This document shows positions 37,701-50,680 of a stretch of DNA of 64,000 nucleotides, one piece after another. The notes below the pieces were generated by a model. That model was not told the origin of the DNA. It ran no database searches and saw only the letters and a list, made by a program, of their open reading frames with translations. The stretch's first letter is position 1. Every line of letters starts with the position of its first letter. The translations under genes and the position numbers were made by a program. Origin of the DNA: Mytilus edulis (Eukaryota); NCBI RefSeq assembly GCF_963676685.1, contig NC_092350.1, forward strand, positions 6,696,001 through 6,760,000, read 5' to 3'.

Positions 37701-39246
37701 AATAAAGTCAATAGAAAAATTACCCGCTCCACCAATTTCCTTATAATAAGAGTCCACAATATTCTGTTTTCTTTCTTTAATTGAAAATCGATTCGTATAA
37801 TTGCATCGAATAAAGGCTGATGTTCGTATTGAAGGTACAGAACAAAAAACCAAATAATATAGTATACAATGAATCATTGTTCTTTTTGTAATCATCTTAA
37901 AATAGTAAGATAAACGTCACTCTCCCGATAAAGCTTTAAGCGGAAAGGAATGATAAACTTACTTGTTTTTACCTACCCGGCAAATCGAAAAAAAAAAGTC
38001 TAATAAATGTATGACAAATCACTTTTGCATATTTATGTTTCATCTATATGTCCAACATTTGCATTTTATTGCAAATTTGCATGGATTGCAGACACAGCCT
38101 CATTTCAAAATGGTGTCATCATTCATTTTGATTTAAGTCTTTACTCGACCATAGTTGCATCTACTTAGTCTTGTATCTGATTGATATGTTTCTCATTGAA
38201 AATAATATCAAATCTTTTTGTTGTTAAGTGAGTACTTTGCCACGTTATATTTTACCGTACGATATGTGATTAAATGTCCACATTCGAGACAACAACTATA
38301 ACACAACAGTTGAATCTGAATCAATCATAATTGATTTACATATATCAAACAGTTCAGAACTCTCAGGTTTGTTCAAACTATACGTACTTAAAAATGGGTC
38401 TGCTTCTTATACAACATCTGTTCAGACAGTGTCCTGACGAAAAACTACTACAATCGACAGAAGATGCCATTTTAGGTTACTATTACGGATGTGTTGACTT
38501 ATACAACGTGACTGTGTCTAAGCTTACAATCAACATGTTTGGTCGGTCTTTGATCAATACTCATGTATTCAAGGGTAGTCGTCTCCCGATCGTAACATTT
38601 ATTTGATGTGTGATGTTTTTTATGAATAATAATTGTCGTAGTAAACGATTGCTATATCACTATACTCTCTTATGTGGCTCTTTTGACAATGTCTTCAAAA
38701 AGAGGGACAAAAGATACCAGAGGGTCATTCCAACTCATAGATCGTAAGTTCCTAGAATTCAATAGAATGCTGTTAAACATATATAGTTTGTCATAATATT
38801 ACATGTCTGAATAATATGCAACGATAAATCTTAGGGGGGCGATGAATCATATAATTATGATTCAGTATACTTCAAAGTATAAAATAAAATAAGTAAGTCT
38901 AAAACATCACAAAAAAAATCATGAACTAATACCCTTTATCTGTTAGCTATCAAACGATTTTTATCTTGACATGTGGTTGTCACACTGTAAAAGTAATCTT
39001 GCTCGTTATGCAAATTATCACGAATCAATACGCTGGTGAATATTTGCAAAGGAGGAATAAATTTCTTAAAACTGGAAGAGTCTGTACTATCGCATGAGCC
39101 AAGGCTCGGTGTTGAAGACCGTAGTTTGACCTATAATGGTTACTTTTACAAATTGGGACTTGGATTGAAATTTGTCTCATTGACTCTGATACCATATCCT
39201 ATTATATCTTTGAGTTACTGGATACAAGTGACAGTAGATACTCGTT

Positions 39247-39730
39247 CTATAATTTTCCATTAATGCCCACTGGGGAAACTGTCCTTAACTTCCTTAGGTA
39301 AAAATATTCACGGGCAAGTCTGTCGACCCTTAACCAACACTCGGTGTGGTCTAGGATAGTAATGATAAAGTTTTCGGGATAATCTTGGACATGCCCATGT
39401 GACAATTTAAGGGAAGGTCGGGCTACAGGTGTAGTCACTTCTGTCTCGCCAACATACTACATGACACATTGACACTGTTGAAGTTATACAACATTTTGGG
39501 TTTTGTAATTTACAATGCAATACATAGCTATATATATATATAGTGTACATGGACCCAGTACTAGTGGAGTGGCAAGTAACAGTTTGAGTGTTTAGTATTT
39601 GTTGGCAAGTCAGACATCATCTGTTACTACTCAACTTGCACCATTCTGTAGTTGAGAAGCTCTCACAAATAAGTCTTTCAGTCTGGCTGGTCTCCGAATA
39701 GCCAAATCAGGAGGTTTTAGAAAGATTTTT
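39247..39730 (-). mobile_element. Penelope-like element fragment, canonical C-terminal GIY-YIG (Neptune/Poseidon type)
   Basis: LAIRRPARLKDLFVRA...CLTCQQI...NVV*LQQCQCVM*YVGETE...ITILDH...REYFYLRKLRTVSPVGIN; several stops. Confidence 0.82.
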
Positions 39731-42094
39731 GATGATTGACAATAATCTATCAATTGACTCAGATCAAATGGGACAGGTCAGTAAATGCGGAATTTTGTGT
39801 TTAAGAAAACTATTTCGCTTTGCATTTTTTTTTGTACTGAATAAATAATTCAGGCTGTTATTAAACATCAAGCTTATCCCTTATCTAAGCCCCATTTTTA
39901 ATAACCTCGTTTGGTAAAAAAATCCTTAAGTCCCTATAACCTTTGTCGTATCGGCACAAATTTTAGGAATTTTGTGTTCTAAATGCTTTTCAACTGTATA
40001 CTTTCTTTACGTTTTCGTATAGTATGGCTTTCTAACAATGTTTGATCTGAGCGTCACTGGTGAATCTTATGTAGACGGTACGCTCGTCTTGGGTTTTAAA
40101 TCATAAGCTGTTACCTAAGATAACTATTGCATATTTGATAGAATCATCCAGTTTTTGTTGTTATTCAATTCATTCCATGTCAAAATCATCGATGAAACGG
40201 AACCAAGATTTTAAATGAAGATATTCAAATAATGTGATTTTTTAATTGGCCATGAAAATATTTGGCGTAATTTAGATCTGTGACGTTCTCGTCCCCATCG
40301 CTGTCCAATGTATCTGATAACGTTTACAATTGTCCAATTGTAGGTGACATTGTCGCATTCGGATGGTGTTTCTCCTCTTTTTGCTATTTTTATCTCAATA
40401 TCATTTCGCTTTCACGGCGATTTTATGGCTTTTGTTTCGTCAGAAAAGGTATTACAAAAGGAAGAGTTTAAAAGCACGTAATTCTGATTCCTGAGTCACA
40501 ACTTTCCCGCGACTTCCTTATTATTCTTTAATTCTGAGGATTATGGAAAAATTATTCATCTCAACCGTTAGTTTCATATAATCTATGTCACTGGGCGTAG
40601 GGCAATAATTCAAACCCTTAAAGAAAACTTTAATTTCATCCCCATCTGAATAAACTGTTGACAAATTGACAGCAGTGCTATTTTGATTGACCGGAATAGA
40701 ACAATTAATTAAACAAAAATATGAGAATATCCATTTTACTTGTAAAAAAATATCTATTTCTTAGCCCTTAGAAATTAAAACAAATATATTACATGTTTAA
40801 TATTTCACAGAATAGTGATTCACCATCATAGGTGGTGTAGCTCATTATATCTAACTTGGAAACACTATGTATGTTAATCAATTATTTTTTGAGACTTCAT
40901 GGAATCTTAAAGGTTTGTTGTCACTACTAATCCTTTTGTTTTATGCTAAAGCTAAAGACATCAAGACAGTGTTATCCTGTTGATAGCTGCCCTGTTCAGG
41001 TTTTTGTTAGGTGTCTTTTTTACATTGAAGCAAATGGTCACACCAATTGAAAATGCTTTTACCAAAAGAAGAAATATTTAAACCAGTTTGATCTTGATTT
41101 TTTCAATTGTTCTTCGTGCAGCTGGTAATAAAAAATACAAGTTTTAAAAGGCCTACTCGATTGTCAAAACAAAATCTTCAAAACAATCAGAAGATCCGAG
41201 AGAAAAAAAAATAATCAGCAAAACAGGATAAAGTAAAACTGAATAACATCAAAACAAACACAACCAACGACAAATTAGACACTGGTTTTTATTCACTCAC
41301 TACAAAGTTTGGCCTTTAGATAGAATAAAGAATTTGTTTAATTATAGTTTGATTTCGATTAAATAGTGACGGTTAAGCAGCCAGCGCTAATACAATAAAA
41401 TGCTCACCAATATTCCTATTACATCGACACGTGGGATTAATCTTTTTGTTAAGTAAAGAAAAGGATCAATTCATCAGGCTAACGTTTCTACGAAAATACA
41501 TATGTCTTCCTAGTAAAGCTATAATCAAATCAAGATTTATCTTCAGGTCATAATGAATAACTTTCGTGCTAAATGAGATATGGGAATCTGCTTCAGATCT
41601 ATATTAAATGCTGCCTTATAGTGAGATATTACTGTATTACAGACAGACTTCTATGAATTGAAATCATTTTCTCTTCAAATATCAACGACGACAAAGTATA
41701 GTCAAATGAAGACTTGTGATTTGAAATGCTTTTAACAAATTATTTTAAGTAAAGGAATCGTATGTTAGTCAAGAACCGAGCGGAACGCATGTTTTGAAGC
41801 TTATTTGCGTTTTAATTAGATCAAAATTAATGTAAAAGACAAGATAAAACATTATTATTAACATTTCTGGAGTCTACGTAGTAAAACCTTTTTTTACAAA
41901 AATGTAATGGAAAGCTTTAATGTAAGGACACGTGTCATCTGCCAATTCATTAAAGTATCTAATCAAATAAGGAGAAATTGCCTGACAATCTTTTTAAGCC
42001 AATTGAATTAGGCATTAGGCTGTGCAAGAATTTGTTTCAACATTTTGTATTTAAATAGCCCATCCGAGCTTACAAACATCAAACAATTTCTAGT

Positions 42095-43145
42095 ACCAGC
42101 GGACAGTCAAACTCATAAATCGAAAATAAACTGACAACGCCAAGGAAAAAATGAAAAACAAACCAGACAAACAATAGTACACATGACACAACATAGAAAT
42201 CTAAAGAATAAGCAACACAAACCCCACCAAAAACTAGGAGTGTTCTCAGCTGCTCTGGAAGGGTAAGCCAGATCCTGCTCCACATGTGGCACCCGTCGTG
42301 TTGCTCATGTTATAACAAATTCGATAAATAGTCTTATTCGGTAGGTCACATTTATGAAAGGTGAGGGGATTGTAGTCACGACGTAAGGAACATATCCGAT
42401 TTCATCTGTAAAACGATTATTCAATAACGGTCAACCATCTCGTAATGGCGTCCGTAAAAGTTACGAAGGGATGACTTCAACTTCACCATTTGGAACCCTT
42501 GGTTTAATAGCGTCCTTGTGAGAAGCAATTCTATATCATGAAAATAATGATAGGAAATACAAGCACGGGAATATCGTATCAATTGGGAGATATTTACCCC
42601 GTATGCAAGTGCTCTTAGAATGTTGCTACTTAGAAATGGAAAGTCACCATTGAAAAGCTGAAATCATCTATTTGTCGTAAAGTTTTGTTTTCAACCGACC
42701 CTCATTGTCAATTTTTAGATATAAGTCAAGATACGAGGCCGACTTAACTGTAACTGTTGCATCCTTTATCTCTAGTTCAAAGGGATAGATGCGTTCAACA
42801 TAGTCACAAAATTTTGAATTATTTAGTGAGAGAACATCATCTACAATATATAGCGGAAATTCAAGTTAAAGGATATTGCCAAATTTTTATCTTTCTTTCT
42901 AAGAAGTTCCTGTATGAAGTCAGTCTCATAATAATAAGGAAACAAGTCGACAAGAAGAGGAGCACAATTGGTCCCCATTGGAATGCCGACAGCCTATTGA
43001 AAAAGCGTCCTTTGAACGTAAAAAATATGTTGTCAATCAAGAAAACAAGCATCTTGATAATGTCATTTTCAGAGATATTTTTGTTTGAATCAGAGTGATC
43101 ATTTACACAGTAGGATTTATCTCTCCCTCAGATACTTGTATCTAT
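42095..43145 (-). mobile_element. Penelope/Naiad RT fragment with 3' tail
   Basis: Frameshifted FLIDNIFFTF, GIPMGTNCAPLLVDLF, SYLDL and AYGVNISQLIR motifs. Confidence 0.85.
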
Positions 43146-43837
43146 GCTGGCCAATCGGATAAATAAAAATACATTGGTATGATTATCCGTCAAAAACCGT
43201 ATTTAATGTGCTTCGTTAATTTGAATCGATCTGTAAAATGGATTATATTAAATAAGCATTTTGTATATAGATATGCATTTAAAAATTGAATTAGAAAAAA
43301 ATGTTCTTTGTCTGTTTATTATTGTATCAACGTAGGAATTTGCTTTTGTTGCATTTCAGTGTTTTGGGGTAACCGATGTTTGCCTCTTATAGTTGATGTG
43401 CTTCCCTAGGTTTTGGTTTGTTCCCCGGATTTGTTTGTGACTATTAAACAGTGGTAAACTAATTTTGGCTTTATTAGTCTTTGTGTTATATTAGACAAAA
43501 TGTTAATTCATCAGTGTTGACAGATCATTTAACAATTGGTTATCCTACACAAAGCTATTGGAAAGCACATTGTAAGTATGATGATTAAAATATGAATCAG
43601 CGTGACAGTCAATTAGAAAATTAGACATATTTTTCTTTATATATTTGATACATGTTCCAAGTGTGCATCAATTTAATACATCCTCTATTAACTGCTTATA
43701 CATGTCATACAATTATTGACAAATGTTTGTTTTTATGAAACCAGACGTCTCACCAGATGTATGACATTTTGTAGGTTTTTCTTTCCGAAGATATCACCAG
43801 CTTAGTACTCAGCACTTCTGTATTGACATGTTTTGCA

Positions 43838-44121
43838 TCTGTCCTAAGTCAGTTATCTGATGTACAGTAGTTGTCGTTTGTTTATGTAATTAATACGTGT
43901 TTCTCGTTTCTCGTTTTTTTTATATAGATTAGACCGTTGGTTTTCCTGTTTGAATGCTTTTACACTAGTAATTTTGGAGCCCTTTATAGCTTGATGTTCG
44001 GTGTGAGCCAAGGCTTCGTGTTGAAGGCCGAACATTGACCTATAATGGTTTACTTTTTTTTAAATTGTTATCGGATGGCGAGTTGTCTCATTGGCACTGA
44101 CACCACATCTTCCTACATCTA
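43838..44121 (+). repeat. Short copy of the same 3'-end repeat family
   Basis: Aligns with 8957-9231. Confidence 0.85.
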
Positions 44122-45533
44122 TGTATTATCATCGATAAATTTCAAATTTAAGAAGAACTCAAGTCTGGTAAAAAAAATCCGGAAATAGAAAGGACTTTCT
44201 ACCTAAGAAAAAGATTACCTGAGCTGTATTTGGCAAATGTTTCCTGCATTTTGGGTCCACAATGCTCTTACATTTTGTACGTTACTTAACCATTTATTTA
44301 TTTTCCTATTCAAACGCGACTGATGAACCTTTTCAAGAAAATGAACGTAACAATGATGTTTCACGCCAGCAAAAATATTCCTGCTGGGCGGGTGATAGTT
44401 ACAAAAACGAAACTTCCACCAAATTGGCATTAGACCCATGGTTGTAAAAACTAAACAAATAAACCAAATGTATAAAATGGTAATCACGTTTCGTCTAAAT
44501 CATGGTACTTTGCTCAAATTGGAAAGCCAATTGAATACAAAGTAAAAGAACTTAAATGAATGTAAATTCAGAAAACCTAAGGATAGAAAAAACTAAACAA
44601 TATACTGTGACAAACATCTGTTTGAGCATCAAATCAATTATGTTAAAACTTAGTATTTTGAGAAAACAAGACACAAAATAACTGTTTTCAATATAAATCT
44701 ATCCACTTTTACTTCATGACCTTTCGTGTCTATCAAAAATTCCGTAAATAAAAGAAATATGTCAATATGTACAACATTATACTTATTTATTGACCCAAAA
44801 TTATCATACACTGTACATGGTAATTTGACTAAAACACAATGTTCATATATATTTTTTATTGTTTGTTTTTCAAGAACATGAATGACTCGCAAAACATATT
44901 AACTTTTTTTATTTATGTTACACTTAACGGTGTGTGTAACATTCAAATGTTACCTATCATTTATTATAGTTTTGTATCCATTTATATAAGGAAATTCACA
45001 TTCCTTTAGCATTTTATTATCAATATATCATTGACTTTTCGGATACACTTTGAATTAAAACTGATTTAAAAATTCTTCTCGGAACAATCTTGACATTTTC
45101 ATTTACGTTCGCATTTTTGTATGGCGCCTTTAAGCTGTTCCTGGCCACCTGCAACATAAAACATTAAATGCTCAACAATGGGTCCGGTGGCGAATCGACC
45201 ATGAGAGGGCTGTATCGCCAGTTAAAAATGATGAAAACTTCCCTCGTCAGTTCCTTTTCTGAATTTTTAAAACCAATGTAAAACAAACGTAGCTTTGTCT
45301 TTAATTTGCAAACTATGTGGAATATGCTAGTAATTTTTGCTGCTAACCTTATACCAAAATGCTTTAAGCATAACTAGTTATTTCATTAACAAGCGTAAAC
45401 TCCAACTGTATAAAAGTTTGATTACAAGTAAAAAACACATTTCCCGATACAATATTACAACAATGTTTAAGAACGTCTAGGACAAGTAGGATCCAATGAA
45501 CCTTTTTTTTATACAAATATAGTGCGTTTTTAA

Positions 45534-46214
45534 AGGGGCACTAGCTACGAGATATATAGATATCTAAAGTTTGATTTTTTTCTGTTCAATCAATAATGAA
45601 AGTGAAATAGTGAAATAGCAATTCGCTTTTTGCAGCCAAAAAGGTTTCATGTTGTCAAATTACGCGAATAAACATTGATAATTAGTTCTTCACTTGCAAG
45701 TGAATGAGTCGACCTCATTTAATCCGTATGCATGTGAACTTAAATTTAACCCCTAGCTAGAGACTGACAAAGCATGCATTGTACGTGTACTGGTTATTTA
45801 AAGAAAAAGACTATCAACAATGAAAGTGAAACTACGGTAAATCATTTGATTACTAATTCGATGCACATAAAATCATTCTTATACGGGTAAAAACAATGAG
45901 AAACATCTATTTTTAATCTATAAAATAAAATCAAACAGACCTATAAAAATCCAATTGCACGTGTTGATTTAATCTATTCATATCTTTATTTATGTTTACA
46001 TCGCTTATAGTGGCATCTGGGGTCAAATCGATAGTTAATTAGATGGCGTCTAGACTAAAATACACACGAAACGAACTTATATATTATATATCCAATGCTC
46101 TGTAAACTGTTTTTTAGACTTTTGATAGTTTGGATAAATGTTTTACATTGTTATAAATCAAATATGAGAATTTGAGTCAAATCGGTGACCATGAATTTGA
46201 CAGCTAGTGCCTCT
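45534..46214. mobile_element. Kolobok-like MITE (TTAA target)
   Basis: TIR AGGGGCACTAGCT/AGCTAGTGCCTCT with TTAA flanks. An inverted second copy lies at 55930-56790. Confidence 0.88.
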
Positions 46215-47914
46215 TTAATGTACTTGAATTATAAACTACCTTTTTTTTCTTTAGACATGCTCACAATAAAGAAATACAAAGTTTTACCGTGTTGTTATTA
46301 CATTATATTTTATATTTATAAATCAAAGAAAAGAAATTATTGAACGCTAAGGTGTTGTGTACATTTTCCAAGTTTGTAGGAAATTATTTGATTTCGTAAG
46401 TCCTTTGTACATTCCTTGATCAAAATTACAGCAGTTTCAGAGGGAGAGAAGTTAGAAATGGCACATTTTATAACTTTACTTAAGCATGAACAACTCATTT
46501 CATCTCAACGTCTGCTGCCATAGTTATTGATATGGAATATAAACAATACACCTTTTATGGTTTTCAAGATAGAAAGATCCATAATAATACGGGAAAAGGG
46601 AAATATTTCAGGCAAACTAACAGATTTTTAAATTCAGTTTTCTACCCTTTAGTATTAAAACCCAATTTTATTTTTACATGTTAAACAGAGGAGTTATAAA
46701 ACTTCAATTTGATGTAAAGTTATACGTGTTTCTTACTTGTTCATAAAATTAAACATCTTTGAATACTGTGCTATTTACGGAATGATTGGAATTAGTGGTG
46801 ATTTAATATTATTAATTTTATTTGTATCACTATTTGTTGGTGACCATTTTTTGTATATTCATATCTTTTTATACTATAGTGACGATATTTATACTAAATA
46901 AACTGAGAATTGGTATATTGCATTGGATGAATCACTTTTTCTTTTAGATCTGCCTGGTTCTTACAAATAGCTGTACTTAACAAGAATAGTTCGTGTGTTC
47001 TGCCAAGAATGTACTGGAATTAAAGACTACCAAGCTCTTTTATTAAATTTTAGAGATGCTCACAATAAAGAAATACACAGTTTTACCATAGTGCTATTAC
47101 ATAAGATGTTATCATGATAATTCTAAGAACATATTCAATATATGATATGGTGCTGTTTTCAAGACAAATCAATAACTTAACATGTAATATGCAGCTGCGT
47201 TAAAGAATCTATTCTTTTAAAAAGCGTATTAAAAGTAAATTTCCTACGGGGTTTTTCTTTTTCAGACTATACTAATAAATCGTTAAAAGAGTGTGAATGC
47301 TGACATTGGATTTAAAGTAATACAATGCTTCGTATTTCAAGATTTCTGCAATGTTTTGTACATGCTAGACTCATACCGAGCTTTAATAAGATAGATCAAA
47401 ATTGACGAACCAAAACCAGAAAAAAACAACAGCCTAAAACACCTTACACAGAAATTAAAGTAATATGAACACGACACTCACTTAAAACCAGGGATGATCT
47501 CATATGCTGCAAAAAGGTAAGCAGATTGCGGTTGCGAGTGCTGCCTTGTAGCGGTTTTCTCTTTTTCGAAATCTACCAGGGTGTCGTTTACGTGAAAGAG
47601 ATATGGCTATCTCTTAACACAGTTTGGTCATTTATCGTCACTTTCAGACGGACTATCATTGTTATTTCCGCCAATCGTTAGTATTCCATACCTTTAGCAT
47701 ATGATAAAGTTCTACCTTCGAGATGATCCTGATACTACTACTCCAAACTAATAAGAATAGTTCTACGTTCGAATAGATATAGGATGAACCAGTATTTAAC
47801 TTAGTTCTGAAGAAAGTCATAACTGATCTCAACTATATTGATAACTATATCACCCATACAGTTGTTGATAATTTCACAGTTTGTTTAAAGTTGAATCGTT
47901 CGTCCCGATACCAG

Positions 47915-50680
47915 TGTCGAGATTACCGCGGGATTACGACGTTCCTAAGTTTGTACATTACCATTGGCGACGATGGCGACTTCAGTGACGTCTTGGGGTT
48001 GTTATTAAAAGTTATGGCTGAACAGACGTATTTGTTTATATTAGCGAAAATATCCTACTTTTAACCTCCACATTTATGGTACCGTGACCAATGGATTTAA
48101 AGATGCTCAAGTCGATACGATCCGGGAACAGAAGTGCTGTTACCAAACTCATTCGAAAGATAGATGCAGCGAAGCATGATATAGATTTTGATCCAGAAGA
48201 ATTAACTGCAACATTTGACAACCTTATCCAGAAGCAAAAGTTATTGAACAACTTGAACGAACAGATACTTAACCTAACGGAAGCAGAAGATATAGAAGAT
48301 GAAATCCTAGACTCAGATGAGTATTTTATAAATTTAGAAACAAAAATCAGACACATACGAAATTTTATTCAAGATACGCATACCACATCACAGTCACGTC
48401 AGAGCGAAACTTCATCACAAATACTAAATGTTGAACATCAACCGTTCGTCACAGCAAACCTCACAGAAAATTCATGCACGCAGCCGTTCCAAAATCCGTT
48501 CGCTCAAGCTAGTAACACAGTGAGTACTAATATAAATCCGTATACATCCACAAGCAGTCAGAATCATTACTTACCCAAACTCACACTTCCGATATTCACA
48601 GGGAACATATTAGAGTGGCAAACTTTCTGGGATTCGTATGAATGCGCTATACATTTAAGCCCTTCATTGACCGATGTCCAGAAATTTAATTACCTCAAAG
48701 CACAATTACAGAATGAAGCATTACGCACCATAGCAGGTTTTGCGCTTACTAATGCAAACTACGCAGACGCCATTATTTTGTTGAAGGAGAGATTCGGGCA
48801 AACACACAAAATTACACAAGCGTACATGCGAGCTTTACTAGAAATTACACCGCCAAGAAACAATCTTGTCAGTTTGAGACACTTTTTTGATCAAATGGAA
48901 ACTTACGTAAGAGGGCTAGAATATTTAGGACAATCACAAGATTATTATGGAACATTACTTGTGCCAATCATTTTGAGTAAGTTACCGGGAGAAATAAAAA
49001 AAAACCTTGCCCGTGAACATGGAACAGAAAACTGGTTATTACGAGACCTCCGGAAAAGTATTTGCAATGAAATAAACATAATTGACGTGGGACAAGACAC
49101 TGAAACTTCTAACAATTTGCCAAGTGCATCGTCTTTCTTTACTGGGACAAAATGGATAAAACCACCAAACCAAACTCTAGATAGGAGACATACACACCAG
49201 AATTTGCAATATAAACCTTTTGTATTCTGTCACGATTTACACGCACCAGCGCATTGCACGAATGTATCTGATTTAGAAACACGCATGGATATTGTAAAAC
49301 GCGAACAATTATGTTTCAACTGTCTAGGTACACACCGTTTACACGAATGTTATTCAAATCAGTCTTGCCGCATTTGCAATAAAAGACATCACACAAGTCT
49401 GTGTACCGATAACCCATTTAACAGCAACATTGTCCATGATAATGACACCAGCAGACATATCCAGCAAAATGCAAATGACAGCCCACAGAATACAAATTTT
49501 CCTATTAGCAATGGACATTTACAGAACTCACCAAATTTGAATCAGACATCAGTAAATATTGTAAATGATACAAATCAGAAAGAAGAGGACACTACAATTT
49601 TACACTCCTCGTCAAATGACGTACGCATGCATGTACTTTTGAAAACTGCCGTCGCACCAGTATGGTCAGACAACTTATGTATAGATACCCATATAAATTT
49701 TGACGAGGGATCACAGCGATCATTTGTGACCGAAGATTTAGCAAGAAAACTTAATTTACATACAGAGGGAATTGAAATTCTACAATTATCGTCATTTGGA
49801 GATAGAAACAAAAACGTACGACATTTAGATAAATCAACAGTATTCGTAGAATCAAATGCAGGACAGAAAATACCGATACACGTTCTAATTGTACCAATGA
49901 TTGCCGTACCTTTGCAGAACAATATTCGCCACATCAACAGAGGACTGAATTATTTACGGGGACTTAAGTTAGCACATCCAGTAACACAGGAAGAGTCTTT
50001 CGAAATATCGTTATTAATCGGAGCAGACTACTACTGGGACTTAGTCGAGAATGAAGTCGTAAGAGGAAATGATCCAACAGCCGTAAAGTCAAAGTTAGGT
50101 TTCTTACTTTCCGGTTCAATAAGGGACAAAAGCGAACACGCATTTATATGTACCAACATATTAAGCATTCTTGTTTCGCACAAACCAGAGGAACACGATA
50201 TAAAAACCTCTCTAAACACAACACACAGAAGTACTCAATCTAGACGATTAGCAAGTGCCAAGGTCCGGAAGAAGATACGGAAGCGTACGAATTACCAATC
50301 ATAGACGAAAATGATGAAGAAGACTAGAACTTTAACAATTTTAAAAAGGACTTTCGAAGTTAATTCAATTTTTCATTTATGTGAACAAGAACTTAGTTAA
50401 TTCAATTTAGTTCATTCATGGAGATAGAGACTTTTTTAATTTGATTTATTTACAATTATGGACAGTTAATGTGAAATTTAAGATAATTTGCACTTTTTGC
50501 GGCCCCCAGTATGTCGAGATTACCGAGGGATTACGACGTTCCTAAGTTTGTACATTACCATTGGCGACGTTGGCGACTTCAGTGATGTCGCCGTGGGCTC
50601 TTGGAGTTGTTATTAAAAGTTATGGCTGAACAAACGTATTTGTTTATATTAGCGAAAATATCCTACTTTTAACCTCCAAA
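47915..50680 (+). mobile_element. BEL/Pao LTR retrotransposon, non-autonomous (Gag-PR only)
   Basis: 5' LTR 47915-48072 (TG...CA) and 3' LTR 50512-50680. TSD ACCAG at 47910-47914 and 50681-50685. PBS TGGTACCGTGACC at 48077 (tRNA-His-like). Empty site in the paralog at ~55630. Confidence 0.95.
48091..50304 (+). CDS. BEL/Pao Gag (DUF1759-like) + Zn knuckles + aspartic protease (DUF1758-like); no RT/RNaseH/integrase
   Basis: 737-aa open ORF: LPKLTLPIFTGNILEWQTFWDSY, QKFNYLK, LKERFG, CFNCLGTH...CRICNKRHHTSLC, FDEGSQRSF, LLIGADYYW, SKLGFLLSG. Confidence 0.92.
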   Translation: MDLKMLKSIRSGNRSAVTKLIRKIDAAKHDIDFDPEELTATFDNLIQKQKLLNNLNEQILNLTEAEDIEDEILDSDEYFINLETKIRHIRNFIQDTHTTSQSRQSETSSQILNVEHQPFVTANLTENSCTQPFQNPFAQASNTVSTNINPYTSTSSQNHYLPKLTLPIFTGNILEWQTFWDSYECAIHLSPSLTDVQKFNYLKAQLQNEALRTIAGFALTNANYADAIILLKERFGQTHKITQAYMRALLEITPPRNNLVSLRHFFDQMETYVRGLEYLGQSQDYYGTLLVPIILSKLPGEIKKNLAREHGTENWLLRDLRKSICNEINIIDVGQDTETSNNLPSASSFFTGTKWIKPPNQTLDRRHTHQNLQYKPFVFCHDLHAPAHCTNVSDLETRMDIVKREQLCFNCLGTHRLHECYSNQSCRICNKRHHTSLCTDNPFNSNIVHDNDTSRHIQQNANDSPQNTNFPISNGHLQNSPNLNQTSVNIVNDTNQKEEDTTILHSSSNDVRMHVLLKTAVAPVWSDNLCIDTHINFDEGSQRSFVTEDLARKLNLHTEGIEILQLSSFGDRNKNVRHLDKSTVFVESNAGQKIPIHVLIVPMIAVPLQNNIRHINRGLNYLRGLKLAHPVTQEESFEISLLIGADYYWDLVENEVVRGNDPTAVKSKLGFLLSGSIRDKSEHAFICTNILSILVSHKPEEHDIKTSLNTTHRSTQSRRLASAKVRKKIRKRTNYQS

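Larger units (their letters stand above)
1..38420. repeat. Tandem segmental duplication family A (two full units plus the end of a third)
   Basis: Collinear blocks: 1-850 / 13340-14111 / 37365-38230; 4860-5410 / 20880-21402; 5937-6240 / 26828-27130; 9320-10250 / 31090-31915; 10640-10800 / 32047-32203; 11760-12350 / 35640-36210; 12910-13015 / 36740-36865. Confidence 0.9.

Noticed and set aside
48036-50219. Minus-strand ORFs 48036-48356, 49575-49937 and 50031-50219
   Set aside because: Antisense shadows of the BEL Gag-PR ORF.
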